This document shows, piece by piece, positions 18,310 through 23,067 of a stretch of DNA of 23,067 bases. Origin of the DNA: Nitrososphaeraceae archaeon. Its GTDB lineage: Archaea > Thermoproteota > Nitrososphaeria > Nitrososphaerales > Nitrososphaeraceae. The notes beneath the pieces were generated by a model. That model did no database searches. It was not told the origin of the DNA and was given only the letters and a program-made list of their open reading frames with translations. Every line of letters begins with the position of its first letter. Position 1 is the first letter of the stretch. The position numbers and the translations under genes are program-made. The stretch lies in contig DATGZA010000082.1 in NCBI GenBank assembly GCA_035297365.1, forward strand, positions 1 to 23,067, in the 5' to 3' direction.

Positions 18310-18894
18310 ATGAACAAAGAGAAAAAATTACATCTAGATAAAAAAGGAATCAGAGTATTTGCAATTGCTGAAAGTTTCAAAAAAGAAAATTTAATATCCA
18401 TCATTGCGGGAATTGTAATGAGAAAAGATCTAATAGTTGATGGTGTTGTTTTTGGAAACGTTACTATCGGGGGTAATGATGCTACTGACAGTATCATATC
18501 AATGGTAAAGAATCAGGAAAGAAATGATATCAATCTTATTTTATTGGACGGTATGATAATTAGCATGTATAATATCATTGATGGAGAGGAGATTTTTAAA
18601 ACTACCAGTATTCCGGTTATTGCTATCACATTCAAAGATTCCTTTGGTATAGATCAATCTATTAAAAACTATTTTCCATATAATTATAAAACGAAGATTG
18701 AAAGTTACAACAAATTGGGAGAACGTAAGAAAATCATGTTGAAGACTGGAAAATTTCTGTTTATCAGAAATTGGGGAATAACTATTCAAGATTCAATTAA
18801 TATTATTAATTCTTTCCTCATTCAGGGAGCAATTCCAGAACCTATAAGAATAGCAAAAATGATAGCAAGAGCACATGTTAGAATAAACAAGTAA
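18310..18894 (+). CDS. DUF99 / UPF0215 family protein (endonuclease V-like fold)
   Basis: IRVFAIAESF, G.VMR.D...DG, GG.DATD, LLDG....YN, PEPIRIA. Confidence 0.88.
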   Translation: MNKEKKLHLDKKGIRVFAIAESFKKENLISIIAGIVMRKDLIVDGVVFGNVTIGGNDATDSIISMVKNQERNDINLILLDGMIISMYNIIDGEEIFKTTSIPVIAITFKDSFGIDQSIKNYFPYNYKTKIESYNKLGERKKIMLKTGKFLFIRNWGITIQDSINIINSFLIQGAIPEPIRIAKMIARAHVRINK

Positions 18895-18985
18895 AGAAGA
18901 AATACCAGACTATCTATAAAAATAAAGAAAATAATAGCAGATAATTATATTTCATCTTCATAGTTAGAAGATTTTTTTTTAATGT

Positions 18986-19561
18986 CTAGTTTTTTACAAA
19001 TTTAAAGTATATAATTCTAATCCGTTGCGTATCTCCTTTGAAAATTTTGAGGAAATAGGTGTTATACTGTTCAGGAGGCTCTTCGGAACAATTTACTGTA
19101 ACGAATCCTATGGATTCAAAAAATTCTTTCAACCAAATCATTTCTTCAAAAAATAATTCATCAGATACAGGTTGTAACAATGCATCAGTGATTTCTGTGA
19201 TTAGAATAAAACTACCTTTATGTTCTAACTTGCTGTAGATTATTTTATATAACTTGCTCCATTTTTGTTTATGATTCTTATCTATAAATTTTGGGTCTGG
19301 CAAAATATAAATAACTTTATTGATGGAATTATCCCCGAATAATGGAATGACCTCATCAAAGGAATTATTAATCAACTTTACATTATTTGATTTAATATTG
19401 GATGAAGCTTCTTGAAAGCGCTCAGTGTTAATTTCGATCCCTATAAAATAGTTCTCTTTCTCTTTTTCTGATAAATTTTTGATTAATCTTCCATCTCCCA
19501 TTCCCAATTCAACTACCAATTTGAGGGATTTTGGTATTTCAGAAAGGAGTTTTTTATTCAT
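18986..19561 (-). CDS. SAM-dependent methyltransferase, TrmB-like
   Basis: Motif I VVELGMGDG, FIGIE, ILPDP (cf. TrmB FPDPW), L..KG.F...TE. Confidence 0.7.
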   Translation of the reverse strand: MNKKLLSEIPKSLKLVVELGMGDGRLIKNLSEKEKENYFIGIEINTERFQEASSNIKSNNVKLINNSFDEVIPLFGDNSINKVIYILPDPKFIDKNHKQKWSKLYKIIYSKLEHKGSFILITEITDALLQPVSDELFFEEMIWLKEFFESIGFVTVNCSEEPPEQYNTYFLKIFKGDTQRIRIIYFKFVKN

Positions 19562-19841
19562 TAACGTAATTTGGAGTTTCAGAATGATTTTTTATACATT
19601 TCGTTATTAATCATATATATTTAAAATTTTATTTGTTATAATGACATTTTCATATTTTCAATGAAACAAATATTGCTAAAAGAAATGATGAATTATTTCC
19701 CAAACAATACTAATTGAGACATTAAAATCAGTTTTGGCTATCTATAATTTTTTACCCTATTGGCTAGGCAACGTCTTAGACGACCCAAACTTATATTCTA
19801 TAGGTAAACCAACAATAATTAGCCAAAGAATGTTAAGAAAT

Positions 19842-20570
19842 TTAATTATGAATATCAAATATTTGTCCGCTGATTTCTCCTTCAGGGTAATCACGGCTTT
19901 GAACATTTAGATAAGCATATCCACTTTGAATAAGATCTATTAACTCGCTAAAAGAAGAATTTTCAAGAGGTCCTTTAAGGTCTTTAATACCTAAAGAACC
20001 TTCAACTGATAGTCCAGGACCTTCCCTACAATGGCCTTTTCCTTTGATCTCATTACATAAAGACAGTACAGAAGGTCCATCTTCACCTCGATTTCCTATA
20101 TGAACATCAATAACTTCTACGTCATCGCCTTCAACATAACTCATACCGTATAAGAAGACTTCAAAATCAAGTGTATCAACATTGGGATGAAAAGTAAAGA
20201 ATGCCTTTCCTCTAGAGTCGATATCACCATTACCTTGTTCGTAAATAGAAGGCGACGGATACATATTAGACGTAAAAATCATTGGATACATTACAAGATT
20301 AGATGACAAGGGATTTATAGGATACATCAAATTAGATCTATCTTCCTCATTAATATTATCATCATAATGTCTATCATCATTTTGGTAATAGTTATTGTCT
20401 ACATAATTTTCAGAGTACTCATCTTCATTACCAATCATAAGGTTTTGAGTGACGGTTTTTTGATTCCTATTCATATCGCCATAGATACTAGGGATGATCG
20501 ATGATATCAATATACCAAATAGAATTAAAGAAAGAAATGATATAGAAAAAAATAAGAATGCTCTTTCCAT
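19842..20570 (-). CDS. Exported CHRD-domain protein
   Basis: Signal peptide; SRGKAFF, HIGNRGEDGPSV, G.AYLNVQSRDYPEGEISGQI. Confidence 0.85.
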   Translation of the reverse strand: MERAFLFFSISFLSLILFGILISSIIPSIYGDMNRNQKTVTQNLMIGNEDEYSENYVDNNYYQNDDRHYDDNINEEDRSNLMYPINPLSSNLVMYPMIFTSNMYPSPSIYEQGNGDIDSRGKAFFTFHPNVDTLDFEVFLYGMSYVEGDDVEVIDVHIGNRGEDGPSVLSLCNEIKGKGHCREGPGLSVEGSLGIKDLKGPLENSSFSELIDLIQSGYAYLNVQSRDYPEGEISGQIFDIHN

Positions 20571-20873
20571 TGTATGGAATTAAATATCAACTATTTCAAG
20601 AAATCGTTACACCATACTCTGAAATAATTATAACCAATATATAGATTATAAAGATACTGTACCAAAATAGGAAGCCATGTTAATAAATATAGTATGTATC
20701 TCCGTGATAGAAGAAATCGTTATATTAACATATTAATAATGATGTTATAGAAAAGTGATAAGATTTTTTTTCTCTTTATAGCAATTAATGAGTGAAATGT
20801 TCCAATAATAAATAAATAAACTGGCAAAATAATTAGAAAAAATATCCAAAATAAATTCTTGAACTAATGTGGT

Positions 20874-21536
20874 TTAGTGATCAAGAGACATCATAGTAAA
20901 CAAGGCAGCTCCTTTAGTAGCAAGTTCGGCTGTAATTTTGCTATCATCATCACTTCCAATAATAATAACATCATTATCTTTTGGTTTTAACTTTTGAATT
21001 AATAAATCCCTTATAATATCTTCTCTATCTAATGCATCATACTCCGTTTCAGGAATAAGAAATTTACCATTAGAAAAGATAAGAGTTGTAGCGCCAGTAG
21101 CACCCAATTTTATCGCTTCATCACGCTGTTCCAATCCTGACCCGACCAGCCTAGCAGAGTTTTTTAACAATACGCAATAATTGAATTTTCCCAAAGTGAT
21201 GGAACTTTTTGGAATTATAGTTTCCGATGGGATTAGAGTTAGAAGGTCACGAAGAATAACTTTTCCTTTATTTGTGAGAATTGTTCCTGATTTACTGGTA
21301 ATTATCATTTCATTCATTTTTAAATGTTTTACAAGTGTCTTAACTGATCCTTCTCCAATACTTAATTCTTTGCATAAAAATGATCTGCTGATATGTCCGT
21401 GTACACTGGCTAATTGTAAAGTTTTAAAAATATGAACAATCCCAAAAGATAGGTTCCTGCTAGGTGCATATTTACCGGAAATTCTACGTAATATCTTGAT
21501 AGGATTTTGCATAATTGTTTTATGAATACCTACCAT
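20874..21536 (-). CDS. DUF4443-like winged-HTH putative transcriptional regulator
   Basis: ISR..LCKELSIGEGSVKTLVKHLK...G..LT.KG wHTH plus SGLEQRDEAIKLGATGATT C-terminal domain; ATG 21512 (MQNPIK) may be the real start. Confidence 0.8.
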   Translation of the reverse strand: MVGIHKTIMQNPIKILRRISGKYAPSRNLSFGIVHIFKTLQLASVHGHISRSFLCKELSIGEGSVKTLVKHLKMNEMIITSKSGTILTNKGKVILRDLLTLIPSETIIPKSSITLGKFNYCVLLKNSARLVGSGLEQRDEAIKLGATGATTLIFSNGKFLIPETEYDALDREDIIRDLLIQKLKPKDNDVIIIGSDDDSKITAELATKGAALFTMMSLDH

Positions 21537-21761
21537 GGATAATCAAATTTAATTGTATCAATATTTTATTTAAAATTTATAAATGACGTATCCCGAATTG
21601 TGTACAAAAATCATATATATTTAATAGTATGGAGATTAAATAAAATATCAAATATTTATTAATAGATAATGCGATCTAGAACATCATCACAAAATGATTT
21701 GATGATGTATTTTTAATATACAAATCAAAGATATTACTCGGTTGGATAAACTAGACAACAC

Positions 21762-21783
21762 TTTATATACTACTTGCTAGTAT
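21762..21783 (+). promoter_or_regulatory. cbtB TATA box (TTTATAT) overlapped by ATACTA-N5-TAGTAT palindrome
   Basis: TATA 21762-21768, 27 nt before ATG 21795; inverted repeat 21767-72 / 21778-83. Confidence 0.55.
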
Positions 21784-21794
21784 CTTCATCACTA

Positions 21795-22010
21795 ATGACA
21801 TTATCAAGACAGATACAGATCCGCGACGATAAAATCCCTAAATTAGCTATAGGAATTCTTTCGGTGGTATTATTATTTGGTTTATTTATGGTCGGATATG
21901 ACCAAGGACAATTATTTAGCATGGTTCAAGGAGAAAAAGCATTTGAGGATCTTTTTGTTCATGAATTATTTCATGACATGAGACATGCTGCAGGATTTCC
22001 CTGTCACTAA
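21795..22010 (+). CDS. cbtB: Putative cobalt transporter subunit CbtB
   Basis: One TM helix and diagnostic C-terminal HELFHDMRHAAGFPCH; ATG 21795 preferred over TTG 21774. Confidence 0.92.
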   Translation: MTLSRQIQIRDDKIPKLAIGILSVVLLFGLFMVGYDQGQLFSMVQGEKAFEDLFVHELFHDMRHAAGFPCH

Positions 22011-22028
22011 TTTTTTAGGTAATAAATA

Positions 22029-22757
22029 TTGAAATCGTTCACTTTTATTTTTATTTCCGTTTTTTCTGGAGCAATAGCCGGAACAATTTTGGGCGTGATT
22101 AACCTCGGTATTGTTGAACCTTTTTTGGATAATGCAATAGGAATTGAAGTTCAAAATGCAATAAAAGATGGGAAAGCAATAGATCAGAATGAATTACAAA
22201 GCTATCGAATATGGCAGAAATTCGGTCAAATTGCTGGAGGCACTATTTTAGGTTTATCATTTGGAGCCCTTTTTGGTATTACATTCATTTTTGGAAGAAA
22301 CATTCTTCCAGGTTCAAATAATCTGAAGAAAGCAGTCGTTCTTGCAGGAATTATATGGCTGGTAATTTTCGTTATTCCTGCACTCAAATATCCAGCAAAT
22401 CCCCCTACAGTAGGAGACCCTCAAACGATTTATGAAAGACAGAATATGTACGTTATTTTCACGGCTATTTCTGGGATCACTGCACTTGCAGTTGCAATGA
22501 TATATAATAATATGGACAGAAATCCAGTCAAGAAATTTGCTCTCATCTCAGTCGCATACGGGATTGTAATGATTGGAGCCTTCATCCTTATGCCACAAAA
22601 TCCTGATGAAATTACTGCACCTATGGATTTAGTGCAGGGATTTAGAATAGCAAGTGGATTCAGCATGACCATATTTTGGTTGGTTCTTGGAATACTATTT
22701 GGAAGTCTATGGGAAAAATTCAAGCCTCATGAGAACCAAAAAATAACCACATTCTGA
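22029..22757 (+). CDS. cbtA: Putative cobalt transporter subunit CbtA
   Basis: EP.L..AI..E, PALKYPANPPTVG.P.TI..RQ, P.DL...FR..S...FW; multiple TMs; directly after cbtB. Confidence 0.92.
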   Translation: MKSFTFIFISVFSGAIAGTILGVINLGIVEPFLDNAIGIEVQNAIKDGKAIDQNELQSYRIWQKFGQIAGGTILGLSFGALFGITFIFGRNILPGSNNLKKAVVLAGIIWLVIFVIPALKYPANPPTVGDPQTIYERQNMYVIFTAISGITALAVAMIYNNMDRNPVKKFALISVAYGIVMIGAFILMPQNPDEITAPMDLVQGFRIASGFSMTIFWLVLGILFGSLWEKFKPHENQKITTF

Positions 22758-23067
22758 GAAAAAGATAGAAAAATTCTATATTTCTAATTTACTATTTATT
22801 ATTTCTCTAAATAGATACCAGGCAAACAACACTTTAAAGCTAGCAAGAAGGTGTGGGTATATTTTGAAGAGACAATGATTCATGTGTGTCGGTCTGAATG
22901 GGAGAATTTGATGTTTTCACTTGTAAAGTTGTAAAATATTTAATCTATGCCTTAGATATATGTCAAAAGTCTAATAAATGTTTAGAATTTATCTCTATAT
23001 AAACCAATAAAAAATAGAAAAATCTAAAATAAGTTCGAGTTAGATAGTTCTAATAACGTAAATAGAA

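Noticed and set aside
21537-21794. Cobalamin riboswitch upstream of cbtB
   Set aside because: Very AT-rich, no B12-box or GGGAA/GCCACTG elements, and the TATA box lies directly before the start
642-22723. Short antisense or alternate-frame ORFs in the track (e.g. 1137-1367, 2399-2770, 6377-6763, 12071-12388, 22430-22723)
   Set aside because: They are shadows of well-supported genes and carry no motifs

Overview
AT-rich archaeal chromosomal window. The gene families (DUF6659-like, FxLYD-like, YVTN propeller, stand-alone Lrp/RAM, CbtB/CbtA, DUF99, DUF4443-like) and the TATA-proximal, apparently leaderless starts point to an ammonia-oxidising archaeon of the Nitrososphaeraceae (inference from recognition, no database search). 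Contents: 5' part of a repeat-rich secreted protein (runs off the left edge), nth, the sulfate-assimilation pair cysH-sat divergent from an apparently degenerate SelD-like gene, pyrD-pyrK, an EboB-like TatD plus TIM-barrel isomerase pair, several membrane/surface proteins, small regulators, DUF99, a TrmB-like methyltransferase, a CHRD protein, and a DUF4443-like wHTH gene divergent from cbtBA. I see no rRNA, tRNA, CRISPR or transposase. Best leads: (1) an unannotated ~140-nt GC-enriched structured RNA candidate with three stems and a possible pseudoknot at ~16125-16262, with its own TATA box; (2) a candidate protein-based cobalt/B12 regulatory unit (wHTH + operator + cbtBA); (3) a SelD-like probable pseudoenzyme beside the sulfate-activation genes.
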